Shown here piece by piece: positions 1 through 11,184 of a stretch of 64,000 bases of DNA. Made by a program: the position numbers and the translations under genes. Under the pieces are notes generated by a model. It saw nothing but the letters and a program-made list of their open reading frames with translations, had not been told where the DNA came from and made no database searches. The stretch spans positions 11,410,001 through 11,474,000 of the forward strand of contig NW_024704742.1 in the NCBI RefSeq assembly GCF_018977255.1. The letters run 5' to 3'. The DNA is from Callorhinchus milii. Its lineage: Eukaryota. The first letter of the stretch is position 1. Each line of letters begins with the position of its first letter.

Positions 1-27
1 TGTGCCATGAGATCTTTAGCATCCACA

Positions 28-367
28 ACAACAACAAAATGACATTTATAGAGCGCCTTTCACGTCAGGAGGATGTCCCAAAGCGCTTAACAGTCAGGGA
101 TCGGGACCCGAGCATGGGGGTGTAGGAGTGAGGGAAGGCAGAGAGGTGGGAGGGAGACCAAAAGCATGATCGAAGAGAAGGGTCTTGAAGCCAGCCTTGA
201 AGGAGGCAAGGGAGGAATCGAGGTGAAGGGACCGTGGGATGGAGTTCCAGAGTGAGGGGGCAGAGAGGCTGAAACCCCGGCCACCGATGGTAGGGCAGGT
301 TGGGTGGGAGACATGGAGCAGGCCGGAGCCTGCTGAACTGAGGGAGCGGGCAGGTTGGTAGGGAGTC
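28..367 (-). mobile_element. 5'-truncated L2 LINE 3' end with (GTT)n tail and 10-bp TSD
   Basis: Minus-strand peptide ...TIGGRGFSLSAPSLWNSIP...FKAGFKTLLFDHAF is typical of the L2 ORF2 C-terminus. AGCATCCACA occurs at 18-27 and 368-377. Confidence 0.9.
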
Positions 368-532
368 AGCATCCACATGAACAGTCAAACAGGATCTCGT
401 TTTAACTTATGATCCGAAGGATGGCACCTCCAGCACTGCTTTAGACTATGTGAGTTCAACTCCCTGACATGGGACTCAAACCTGCAACCTTCTGACTCAG
501 AGGCAAGCATGCTCCCACTGAGCCGAGCTTGG
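368..532 (-). mobile_element. Old Deu-type (SacSINE1-like) SINE, 5' part; it continues at 1-27 and was split by the L2
   Basis: Reverse complement of the tRNA-like head (ctcagtgggagcatgcttgcctctgagtcagaaggttgcaggtttgagtccc) matches the + strand copies at about 16955, 34035 and 55375. Confidence 0.7.
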
Positions 533-837
533 CTTCTCTTTAGAAGTTTTTTTAAAAAAGCATTGCAATAATAATGATCCTTGCATTTGATTTTGTGCCT
601 TTCATGTCAGGAAGATGACTGGAAGTACTTCACAGGGTATACTGTAAAGTGTAGTGACTGTGTTATTGTTTAAGGCAAACACAGTTTAAGTGTGTTGGAG
701 GGGGATGAATTCACCCGTGTGTTGAATGCTGATTATTGTAGACTATTGACTATGATAATTATCACATTCCATATTAGAATTTTTAAGAATATTTGAAATT
801 ACAGTGCACTGCAGAGGAAGTTTACCTTAAATATTGC

Positions 838-997
838 TAATAATAATCCTTGGATTTGATATAGCGCCTCATCACGTCTTCTAGATATCTCAAAGCGCTT
901 CACAGGATATACTGTAAAGTGAATTGACTATGTCTTTTTTGCGGGCGAAACTCGGCAGCTAATTGCGCACAGCAGTGTCCCGCAAACAGTCATGGAT
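838..997 (-). mobile_element. 3' half of tRNA-Ala/Deu SINE (family A)
   Basis: Carries the (ATT)n tail, stem-loop and ctgtgcgcaattagctgc core shared with the full copies. Confidence 0.8.
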
Positions 998-2154
998 AAT
1001 CTAATAGTATTTGAATAATATAATTTCAGCTCGGCGAGGATTTGTTTATTTTGCAATGGAAAATGGATGTCATCTGTCTGAAGAACTCAGCCTACTTTAT
1101 TGTTCTTCTGGTCAACCTGCCTATCTTAGTGTTTTAGTGAGGGTGAATTAAGATTTAGCAGCAGAAACATTTCAAGGCTGAATGACTAGAAGGGAGATTT
1201 CAATCTTATTTCTAATGCTGCTTGATGACAACAATATAAAGAGTAGTGGTCCAAAAGTGGATTGAATGGAGGGTTAATTTACATTACCTACTTGAATTTA
1301 CATTATTCTGTTTAATGGACTTCCAAGTATATTTTTTAGTGAAATATTTTATCACCTCAATTGGAAATGTAGGGAAAGCCAGAGATAGCTGCTGAAATCT
1401 CCATTTTATTGCTACTGTGTTTGCTTACAGAAACTGCTTATTTACAGAACAATTTACTATTTATATAGCACCTTTCATGTTTCTAAGCTCTTGACAATGG
1501 CAGCTGGGTACCTGAACTGAGTGTGGGGGCTCGGATAGAGAAGAAGGGAAAGATGACCGAAGGTGAAGTTGTTCAGTAGTTGTTCAATTCTTGTAAGTTT
1601 ACTTTTCTGGAGTTTACTTTTTCTGACCCGATTTTCACGCAAGGTCATTTTATTGCTGCCAGTACTACCCAAATGCCACCTGAATCAAAGTTAAGATAAA
1701 TCGGTCTCTGGAGATGTCACTTCATTGCAATGTGCACCATAAGATCTTCTTTCACATTCTTTTCTAATGTGAAATGTAGGAACTGATTTTGTAGATGAAC
1801 ATGGCAGGCATTTACTGCACAGCCAAGCTCATTCAAACTGCCTGAAGGTGAATGACTAATTAATCTGGAGGATTGTTGGCCAGGACGCCAGGAAACAAAG
1901 CTCTTTTCTTTTCAAATAGTGCCACAGGATTTGGATTGGATGAAGAAGGTCCTTCTGCCTATTTGATCTCATGCTTCCAGAATACCCACTACTGTCTTCC
2001 CATCACAGCAGCACACTGTTGATGGCTTCAGCCATAGTTCCTGGGAATGTGCTCCAGGTGCTGATTACCAGAGCCATTAGAAAATTGCAGAGATATTTGC
2101 CAAAAATTGTGGGTAACTTTAGAGTATTAGGTGTAGGTTTGCAAGAGGGCTGCC

Positions 2155-2481
2155 ACCACACACAGACACAGAGACCCAGAGAGAGAGACACACACACAAG
2201 CAGGCATGCACAAAGAGAGAGAGAGACACACACCACCCACACACAGACAGACTCACACACACAGACCCAGAGAGAGACACACACTCACAGACAGAGAGAC
2301 AGACACAGCCAGAGAAAGAGAGAGACACACGTAGATAGAAAGAGAGAGACACTCACAGACACAAAGAGATAAAGAGACACACATACACAGCACACACACG
2401 TGCACACCCAGAGAGAAACACTCACAGAGAGACATACACTCATAGACAGAGAGAGACGCACACACACTCAGAGACACACTC
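2155..2481. repeat. Compound (CA)/(GA) low-complexity array
   Basis: Directly visible; it generates the spurious C/V/S/L-rich ORFs. Confidence 0.95.
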
Positions 2482-3228
2482 AACAACAACAATAATTTGT
2501 ATTTATATAGCCCCCATTATGCAAGGTAGCATCCCGAAGAGCTCGACAGTGACCCTGAGCCAGGGAGACAGGGAGGTGGGAAGTGACCGTAAGCACTATC
2601 GAAAAGCAAGGTCTTTAGGCAGGATTTGAAAGTGGGGAGGGAGGGAGCAAGGCGGAGGGATTGAGAAAGAGTTCCAGAGTTTCGGGGTGTAGTGGCTGAA
2701 GACACAGCTACTGATGTTGGAGTGGAGGGGTGAGGAAGAAACTGGAAGCCGGAACCAGCCGAGTGGAAGCAGGGATGGTGGAGTAGAGGGGATAAGCAAA
2801 TCGGAGAGGTAGGGAAATGAGAGAGCATGAAGTGATTTGAAAACGAGTTAGAGGATCTTGAAACGATTTGTTCAGTGATTGGGAGCCAGTGGAGTTTGGC
2901 AAGGGTTGGTGTGATGGGGGCATGGAGTTTTGTGCAGGTGAGAATCCGGGTGGGGGATTTCTGAATTAGTTGTATTTTGTATACGATAGAGCTGGGTTGA
3001 CCAGTGAGGAGGGCAGTAGAATAGTCCAGGTGGGAAGTGACAAAGACGTGAATGAGGGGTTTGGCTACTTTGGTTGTGAGGTATATACAGAGGCGAGCAA
3101 TGTAATGGAGATGGAAAAAAGCGATCCTGGTCAGGAAAAGGATGTGGGGTAGAAAGGAAAGCTGAGATCAAACCTGACACCTAAGTTGCGCATGGATTTG
3201 GAGAGTCTGAGGGAGAGCCCGGGGAGGA
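2482..3228 (-). mobile_element. Decayed L2 LINE 3' fragment
   Basis: (CAA)n tail at about 2481 and peptide ...SLPTFKSCLKTLLFDSAY; multiple frameshifts. Confidence 0.85.
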
Positions 3229-3251
3229 TTCTCCTTCAGACATTGAACCCT

Positions 3252-3630
3252 CAGACATAGAGAGACAGACACAGAGAGGTACACACTCACAGACTGAGAG
3301 AGAGACACACAGACATAGAGAAACACAAACAGACATAGAGAGAGGCACACACTCACAACCTGAGAGAGAGACACACACAGACATCGAGACACACACAGAC
3401 ATAGAGAGAGGCACACACTCACAGACAGACAGAGAGACACACACAGACATATAGAGAGGCACACACTCACAGACAGACAGAGAGACACACACAGATATGG
3501 AGAAAGACACATACTCAGACAGAGAGAGAGAGACACACACACACACAGACATAGAGAAGCACACACTCACAGAACACACTCACAAACACACACACCTACA
3601 GATAGAGGAGAGAGATACACACAGACACCG
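3252..3630. repeat. (CA)/(GA) array with ~48-bp higher-order periodicity
   Basis: Unit acacagacatagagagaggcacacactcacagacagacagagagacac at 3393 recurs at 3441 with one mismatch. Confidence 0.9.
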
Positions 3631-3709
3631 TCACATTGAGTCATTCTCAAACCGACAACACACATATGGATAGAGGAGAGAACAGTGAAGCCTCGTGGTG
3701 AGTGAAGCC

Positions 3710-3945
3710 AAATCCCTGACTGTCCAGGGCCTTGGGTCGTCCTTCCGACATGAAAAGTGCTTTACAAATGTAAGTTGTTGTTGTCTCAAGTCCCTCCCCT
3801 TCGGCCACCCTCCTACAACTACTCTCCATGCCCCCTGATCTACTCCCCGGCCCCTCAGCTCGGATCCAAATCTCTGACTGGCCAGGGTCTTGGGATACCC
3901 TCCCGATGTGAAAGGCGCTGTGTAAATGTAATGTTTTGTTGTTCT
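3710..3945 (+). mobile_element. Two tandem L2 3'-tail fragments
   Basis: Two copies of ctgactgtccag..ttggg..tcc..ccgatgtgaaaggcgct..aaatgtaa(gtt)n. Confidence 0.75.
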
Positions 3946-4199
3946 TGCTCATGCTGCACTGCACATGCGCATCCTGAGCCGTTCCCCCCATAGTAACGGC
4001 ACAGAAGGCATCGAATAAAGATTGTACAGGTTTTTAGTGGAGGATTGTTGTTTTGAGCAGACTCTGCGGAAAAATTGCTGCTGCACTTTTCTATTGGCCC
4101 AGTTATTTACACTCTTGGTAATGCACAAATTCCTGGTGTCCACCCTGAAATTGCCCTTTACAACATTAAACTTGTGTCCTCCAGATCTGCTGTATTGTG

Positions 4200-5050
4200 T
4201 CCTCCAGATCACATCAAATGCCAAGTGCAAATTGTTCCTAGACTTCTTCGACTCAAAGATTGAAAACATGCATCGTCCTCCCACCCCATGTCCCCTTCCA
4301 CCCCACCCAGACCATCCATACTCCCTTCTCCCTCCACCACGGCTCCTGTCACTTCCCCCTCCTTACACTCCTTTGCTCCCATTTCGCTCTCATGCCTCTC
4401 AACCACAATCACCCAGATGAAGTTCACTGCCTGGCTTGACCCCCTCCCCACACAGCTGCTGGTCACTCAACTCCCCCTTCTCTCCTCCCTGCCGGCCGAC
4501 ATGGTCAACCAGTCTCTCTCCTCAGGATCTGTTCCACTTTCCCATAAAACCGCTGTCATCACACCCCTCTTCAAAAAACCCACCCTCGATCCCGCCAATC
4601 TCTCACACTACTGTCCCATCTCCAACCTGCCCTTTCTTATCAGAGTCTTGGAACGCATTGTTGCAGATCAATTTCGGTCACACCTCTCCCTCCACTCCCT
4701 CCTCAAGCCCCTGCAGTCTGGTTTTCACCCTGACTGCCCACAGCACAGACACAGCACTTGTCAAAGTCACAAATGACATTCTCTCTATCTGTGACCAGGG
4801 CTACCTCTGCTTCCTCGTACTCCTGGATCTCTGTGCTGCGTTCAACGAAGTTGACCACGCTATCCTGCTCCATCACCTCTCCTTCCTCATCCACCTTAAT
4901 GGGACCGCACTTGCATTGTTTGAATCCTACTTAACCAACCTCCTCCATTTCATCTCGGCAAATGGTTTCTCCTCCCGCCCCCACCCGGTCACCTGTGGGG
5001 TACCCTGGGCTGGTCCATCCTTGGCCTCTTCTTTTCCTTATCTATATACT
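4200..5050 (+). mobile_element. L2 LINE ORF2 reverse-transcriptase fragment (pseudogenised)
   Basis: Peptides LDPLPTQLL, PLFKKPTLDPANLSHYCPISNLPFL, LQSGF, HSTDTALVKVTNDIL, LVLLDLCAAF and GVP, with frameshifts. Confidence 0.9.
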
Positions 5051-5183
5051 TCCTCTTCCTCGGATTCCATTCCAATAAATATCTCAGGAATTTCCATGTG
5101 TAGGTGGGATGCATTTAACTGTTTGGTTTGAATCATCGTAAGCATATTGATGGTTTTCTGTATGTGTCAGATACCCAACTGAC

Positions 5184-5688
5184 CACTGTTCCCTCGTGTG
5201 TGCATGGCAGCACAGCAGTCTGTTGAGTGCTGCGCACTTTTTTTACGGCAGCGCACAGCCTTTAAAAATTACAACCACAAGATTATGTTTGTATAGCGCC
5301 TTTCATGTTGGGAGGACGTCCCAGCATTTCAGACCCAAGCTGAGGTTGGGGGGTAAGGGAGGGGAGGGGAAGGGGGATGGCCGATGGCATGGTCGAAGAG
5401 GAGGGTCTTGAGGTGGGACTTGAAGGAGTCTAAGGAGGGGGCGAGGCAGAGTGACCGGGGGATGGAATTCCAGAGGTTGGGGGCAGAGTGGCTGAAGGCT
5501 TTCCCGCCAATGATAGGGCAGGTGGTTTGGGGGACGTGGAGCAGGCCAGAGCCGGCTGAGCGGAGGGCACGGGCGGGTTGGTAGGGGGTTAGGAGGTCAC
5601 AGAGGTAGGGTGGGGTGAGGCCATGGAGCGGTTTGTATGTGAGGACCAGGATCTTGAATTCTTAATTTAAAAATTAGAGGGAACATAG
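5184..5688. mobile_element. hAT-type MITE interrupted by an L2 fragment
   Basis: TIRs cactgttccctc (5184-5195) and gagggaacatag (5677-5688); 8-bp TSD CAACTGAC at 5176-5183 and 5689-5696. Confidence 0.85.
5270..5661 (-). mobile_element. L2 LINE 3' fragment nested in the MITE
   Basis: L2 tail at about 5270-5325 and L2 ORF2 C-terminal sequence up to ggatcttgaattc. Confidence 0.85.
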
Positions 5689-5894
5689 CAACTGACCCCA
5701 AAAAATCAAGGCATGAGCAACCCCTTTATTTCACAGTAACCAGACCTGTATGCAGTACTCTAGGTATGTCCTTCCCAGAGCACTATAATAATAAATAATA
5801 ATATTTGCATTTGATATGGGATCACTTCTTCCAGACGTCTCAAAGCGCTTCGAAGAACATACTGTAAAGTGGATTGGCTGTATATTTTGTTGGA

Positions 5895-6280
5895 GTAACT
5901 ATACAGCCTGAATATGACATCTGGGGCTCTAAACTCAACTGATTTGCTAATATAGTCCAGAATTCTATTTGTCCTATTTATTATTGCTTCACGTTGTTTT
6001 GACATGGTGCGTACGTAATGAGTCAACTAACACCCTGATCTCTTTCAGTTTCCCCCTTGGTAAATTATTTATCCCTTCCATGAAGTACATACAACAGTAC
6101 CTTACATTTATCTGTACGAAATTGTATTTGCCAGTTATTGGCCCATGTATATATAGAACCCAGTTCTTTGTAAGACCACTGCTGCCTCCTTTGTTTCCTC
6201 AGTTTCTACCCAATTTGAGTTCATCTGTAAATTTTAAATATCTTACAACATGTGTGTGAATCCAGGTCATTGATGTATAA
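5895..6280 (-). mobile_element. Degenerate CR1 LINE fragment
   Basis: Peptides AIINRTNRILDYISKSVEFRAPDVIFRLY and KFTDELKLG resemble the CR1 RT C-terminal region. Confidence 0.7.
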
Positions 6281-6395
6281 AACAATAATAAAATAATAAT
6301 AATTTGGTCACTCAATCCACGACTGTTTGTGGGACACTGCTGTGCGCAATTGGTTGCCGCATTTCGCACACAAAGTATACAATCCATTTACTCTG

Positions 6396-6714
6396 TGAAG
6401 TCCTGTAGCTCAGTGGTTAGAGCAGTCACTTTGCAAGTGAGAGACCTGAGTTTAATTCCAGGCAGAGTGAAACCTTGGGCAACTTTCCTTACTCCACACG
6501 CCTAATATTAATCCCTCAAAAAAAAACAATTAATAAATTGGTCATTTTCAATCCATGACTGTTTGTGGAACATTGCTGTGCGCAATTGGCTGCCGTGTTT
6601 GCCCAGAAATATACAGTCAATTCACTTTACAGTATATTCTGTGAAGCGCTTTGGGACGTCTAGAAGACGTGAAAAGCGCTATATCAAATGTAAGGATTAT
6701 TATTATTATTATTA
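6396..6714 (+). mobile_element. Near full-length tRNA-Ala/Deu SINE (family A, short form)
   Basis: Head tcctgtagctcagtggttagagc..ttgcaagtgagagacctgagttta, shared core, and (ATT)n tail. Confidence 0.9.
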
Positions 6715-6829
6715 CTCAGCGCCTTGGGATGTCCTCCCGATGTGAAAGGCTCTATACAGATGTAATCTTGTTGTTGTTCACAGTATATTCTGTGAAGTGC
6801 TTTGAGATGGCTTGAAGATGTGATAAGGC

Positions 6830-7683
6830 CTCTCACCGTCTCCACTTTGTTGCCTCTAACAGTTTCTCCTCCAACCCCCGCACTGTCACGTCTGGCGTCC
6901 CTCAGGGCTCTGTCCTTGGCCCTCTCCTCTTTAATGTCTACATGCTCCCCCTTGGTGACATCAACCACAGACATGGGGTCAACTTCCATATGTATGCGGA
7001 TGACACCCAACTCTATCTTTCTGCCTCCACCCTCAACTCCAGGACCACTGCTGTCCTGACAGACTGCCTGTCGGACATGAAGTCCTGGATGAGGACTTTT
7101 TGGCAAATTTCCTACAGTTGAATGTGAACAAGACTGAGGCGCTCCTGAATGGCTCGCGCCAGCGCCTCTGCACCTCAGGCTCTGGCAGCATCAACCTCCA
7201 TGGTTGCTCACTACAGCTCACCAAGCCAGTCAGGAACCGAGGTGTCTTGTTCGACCCTTAACTGTCTTTTCTTCCCCACATCCAGGCCATGACCCGCTCT
7301 GCCTTCCCTCACCTCCGTAACATCGCCCGACTCCGCCACTACCTCACCCCTCAGGCCGCTGAAACTCTTGTTCATGCCTTCATCACCTCCAGGCTCGACT
7401 ATGCAAACTCCCTGCTTGTCAGCCTTCCCAACTCCTCCCTCCACAGGCTGCAGATAATCCAGAACTCTGCAGCCCGTGTCCTCTCCCGCACCAAACTCCG
7501 TGACCCCATCTCCCCCACTCAAGACCCTCTTCTTCGACCATGCCATCAGCCACCCCCCTTCCCCTCCCCGCCCTTTTCCCCCCCTAACCCCAGCTCAGGT
7601 CTGAAATGCTGTACACTGTCCAGCGCCTTGGAACGTCCTCCCGACGTGAAAGGCGCTATACAAATGTAATCTTGTTGTTGTTA
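6830..7683 (+). mobile_element. L2 LINE fragment with RT core and an internal deletion, inserted into a SINE tail
   Basis: [21 protein letters not shown] and HAFITSRLDYANSLL motifs; jump to the 3' end near 7520; (GTT)n tail. Confidence 0.92.
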
Positions 7684-8308
7684 TGTCAAATGCAAGGATT
7701 ATTATTATGTTATTATTATAAGGAACGAGAGTGTTCCCAATACAGACCTTTGAGGCACCTCACTTAATGCTTGCCCGCATTTTTACCAAGCTCCCTAACA
7801 AAGACCCTTTGCTCCAGTCACTTTTGAATCCATGGCCTGTATTCATATCAGCCAGACTAGAACTTGGTTTACATCTCTTGCAAAAGATGGTGTAGTGTTT
7901 CTGTAGCTTGTTGATTTCCAACCTTAACAAAACCAGATAAAGAATTGTTTTTCCAGATTTCTTGGAGCCCAAGTAGTGTTTTGCATTCTCACAGCCAACA
8001 TGTCTGTTGCAGCTGTGTCATTCAGTATTAGAGGGAAAATGCTGTAATTATATTATATTAAAGCAAGTAGTCACAGATGGGCCAGATCACATTGGGCGTG
8101 CCTGATCTCNTTTTTTTGCTGCTGTACATAGTATTTTTTTAAAAAAGACATACAATTTGATGTCTGTGAATCTCCAGATAATCGACCCACCATTTTGCCC
8201 CCCTTTGCAGTATACACAGTGGTCTCCTATGAATGCATGACTTGAACACATGAATTACAGTGTCTAGGATTTGGTAGAGGTTAGCTTGTGTCCACGCTCA
8301 ATAACATT

Positions 8309-8835
8309 AACAAAAACAACAATAACTTGCATTTATATAGCGCCCTTCACTCTGGGTAATGTCCCGGAGCACTTCACAGTATTGGAGTATGACCCCGAGC
8401 CTGGGGAGAGGGAACAGGGAGGGGGGAATAGGACCATAAGCACGATCAAAAGGGAAGATCTTTAGGCAGTATTTGAAGGTGGGAAGGGAGGGAGCAAGGT
8501 GGAGGGATTGAAGGAAAGAGTTACCAGAATTTGGGTGCTTAGTGGCTGAATGCACAGCCACCGATAGTGGAGTGGAGAGGTTGAGGGACAAACAGCAGGC
8601 CGGAGTCAGCTGGGTGGAAGCAGCGGATGGTGAAGTAGGCGTTTAAGCAGGTTGGATAGGTAGGGAGGTGCGAGGGCATGAATGGATTTGAAGACGAGTA
8701 ACAGGATCTTGAAATCGATCTGATCAGTAATTGAGAGTCAGTGGAGCCTGGCAAGGATGATGTGATGGGGGTACGGAGTTTTGCGTTGGTGAGTATCCTG
8801 GCGGCAGAGTTCTGAATTAGTTGAATTTTGTGTAT
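8309..8835 (-). mobile_element. L2 LINE 3' fragment (same subfamily as 2482-3228)
   Basis: Peptide LAPSLPTFKYCLKIFPFDRAY; tail at about 8310-8345. Confidence 0.85.
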
Positions 8836-10165
8836 ATATAAAATGGCTCAAAGCCCAGGCTTGTAAACTGGAATAAGGATTGCTGATAAATTCTAGAATC
8901 AGGAACTAAACCTTTGGGAGGGGGTAGGATGAAAGGTGAGCATGAACCACAGGGCTGGGAAAGCTGGTTTCCTGTTTTTTAAAAAAAAGGTCACCGCTGA
9001 CTTCACTTCCTGTAAAAATAGGCATTTGTAGAGCGGGTGTTCCACAGACCCAGCAGTGAGGTTATTGGCTTGTCTGCAAATGTAAAAACAGCAAAAACAA
9101 CAACTTGCATTTATATAGTTTCCCTTGATGCGGGTAGGGTCTCGGAATGCTTAATGAATGCTTATTTCCAGGAAATGCCGTATTTTCCATATATGCAGCA
9201 TTGCAGATAAGCCAGTAACTGCTCTCACAGGTCCGTGGGCCACCCACTTTAATAATAATGATAATAATAATAATAATAATAATCCTTGCATTTGATATAA
9301 AGCCTTATCATGTCTTCGAGAAGTCTCAAAGCGCTTCACAGAAAAGACTATAAAGTGAATTGACTGTATATTTTGTAGGATTCACCCACGGATTTGCACA
9401 ACAGTAAGGCATGTTACAATGGAGTCATCCTGGATTCAGACATTGGGTTTAAAAAGAACTTGCAGGGCTTCGTCACGGCTACTAAGTTCACCGATGCCCT
9501 GTGCAAGTGAGCCAACACCAGCATTTAAAAAGATTGTGTATCCAACAGGTTAATAATGTTATTCTACAAAGAATAATATGCTACAGCAATTTTAAACCTC
9601 ACTGACCACAAGTCACCTCTCCATCCCTCACTGACCACATGGTCCTCTTGTGGGAATATATGAGGCTATTATGACAGGCGAGCAAGGTGGCGTGGACCTT
9701 TTTTAAGTGGTCCTCCCGACGTGAAAAGCGCTATATCAAATGCAAGGATTATTATTATTATTATTATTATTATTATCAATGGATTTATGGATTTAACATT
9801 TACTATTAAGTCCAGTGAGTGGGAGCTCGTAGCAGGGAGGAGCTTCCAAGTGCAGAGTTTATGGCAACCAGATGGAGTTCCACTTCAATTTGCCCACGTT
9901 TGCTTATTTTGAAATAATTGAGTGGAATGTGTTCCACATGAGCTGAGGAGTACGACAATGTGTGAAGTGTATTTTCAGAATGCAACATATTGGCGTTGGG
10001 CTTTTGGGTGTAATCTAGATGCTGATTTAAGCGTGATCAAGGTTGCTGTGTGCACACAACAATATCATGTGTTGCAGAATGGAGAGTGCTGAAAAAATAC
10101 CAACTAAGTTTCTCCCTGTGATATAATATTCAAGTGTTGTTGTTGCTGGTTACTTTCCCCATAGA

Positions 10166-10730
10166 TTTTTGTTTCATCAACCAGGTGTCTGACATATGTA
10201 GAAAACCCATCACCGTGCTGAAAATTAAGCAAACCAGACTGCCAGGTCATATATTCACGCACAAAGGAATTTGATTTAATCTGCACAATCGTCATGGAGG
10301 AATGCACCCTGATTATCTAAATCTGGATAGGTAGCATTAGGCACAGGTTTGCTTGAGCCGGGGCTTGGGGACCCCAAAGTGTGCGGCAGGTTTAACCTGC
10401 TAATATCATCAATGTTGTCATTGCAAACACCATTTGGCAAGCTTTCCTCTGCTTGTTCAGAGACAAGCACCCTGCCTGTTGGCACTTTGGCTTTAACAGG
10501 ATCCAAGTAGGAAGAATCCCTGCTTCTCGTGACTGGGCTGCTTCCCTTGGCCATGCTGACAAACCATGCTGACTGTCCTCATTAGAGTACTGCAGATTGC
10601 CTGGCTCAGAAACCAGACTACTGATAGCATTGATAGCACAACAGAGGGTTGACTCGATTACAATATTCTATTGTCCAAAACTTCACCTTGGAGCCAGCTC
10701 ACCGCCAAGGAGGCCCCAGTTACCTCATTT
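10166..10730 (-). mobile_element. Unidentified ~560-bp dispersed repeat (family C)
   Basis: Collinear with 35620-36200 (-) and homologous to 46330-46604, 59830-60135, 29470-29585, 28800-28858 and 5085-5183 (+). Confidence 0.75.
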
Positions 10731-11184
10731 CACAACCCCAAAACCACCCCTCCCCAGCGGGGGGAAGCGTCAGTCAGTGCATCTGGTCACTATCCAGCAA
10801 CTGTTCCCGGAAAATAGCTGTGTGTGGCGATCAGTGGAGGACGGGCCTGAGCTCCCATATGATATTCCTATGGGTAACTAACTTGCGAAATTAAGCTTAC
10901 ACATGTAGAATCTCCTACATGACAAATAACATAAGAAGTTACCATGAGACCATCATGTCCTTGGAAAAATATCTCCGGATTAGTTAGGACCTTCGGAAAA
11001 GGTGGAAAAATTGGATGGGTGAAGGAAGACTTTTTTTATCTGGACTATGAGGCCAGATGTATCCTGCACTATATAGGTTAATATCCTCAGCTTCTAAAGG
11101 GAAGAGCTTTGGTAGCATTAATTAGTATTTTTTAACCTGTAGATATGTTGCATGTTGTACTCAGTATCATGAAATCCTCTCACT

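Noticed and set aside
1971..3579. Cys/Val/Ser-rich ORFs here and at 25962-26541
   Set aside because: They are translations of dinucleotide low-complexity tracts.
8110..8110. Single N base
   Set aside because: Assembly ambiguity next to a T run, not a biological feature; a hidden gap cannot be excluded.
10276..10554. Protein-looking 92-aa minus-strand ORF (MAKGSSPVTRSRD...) as a nested gene
   Set aside because: It lies wholly within a family C repeat copy, no matching ORF is listed for the other copies, and it has no recognisable domain.
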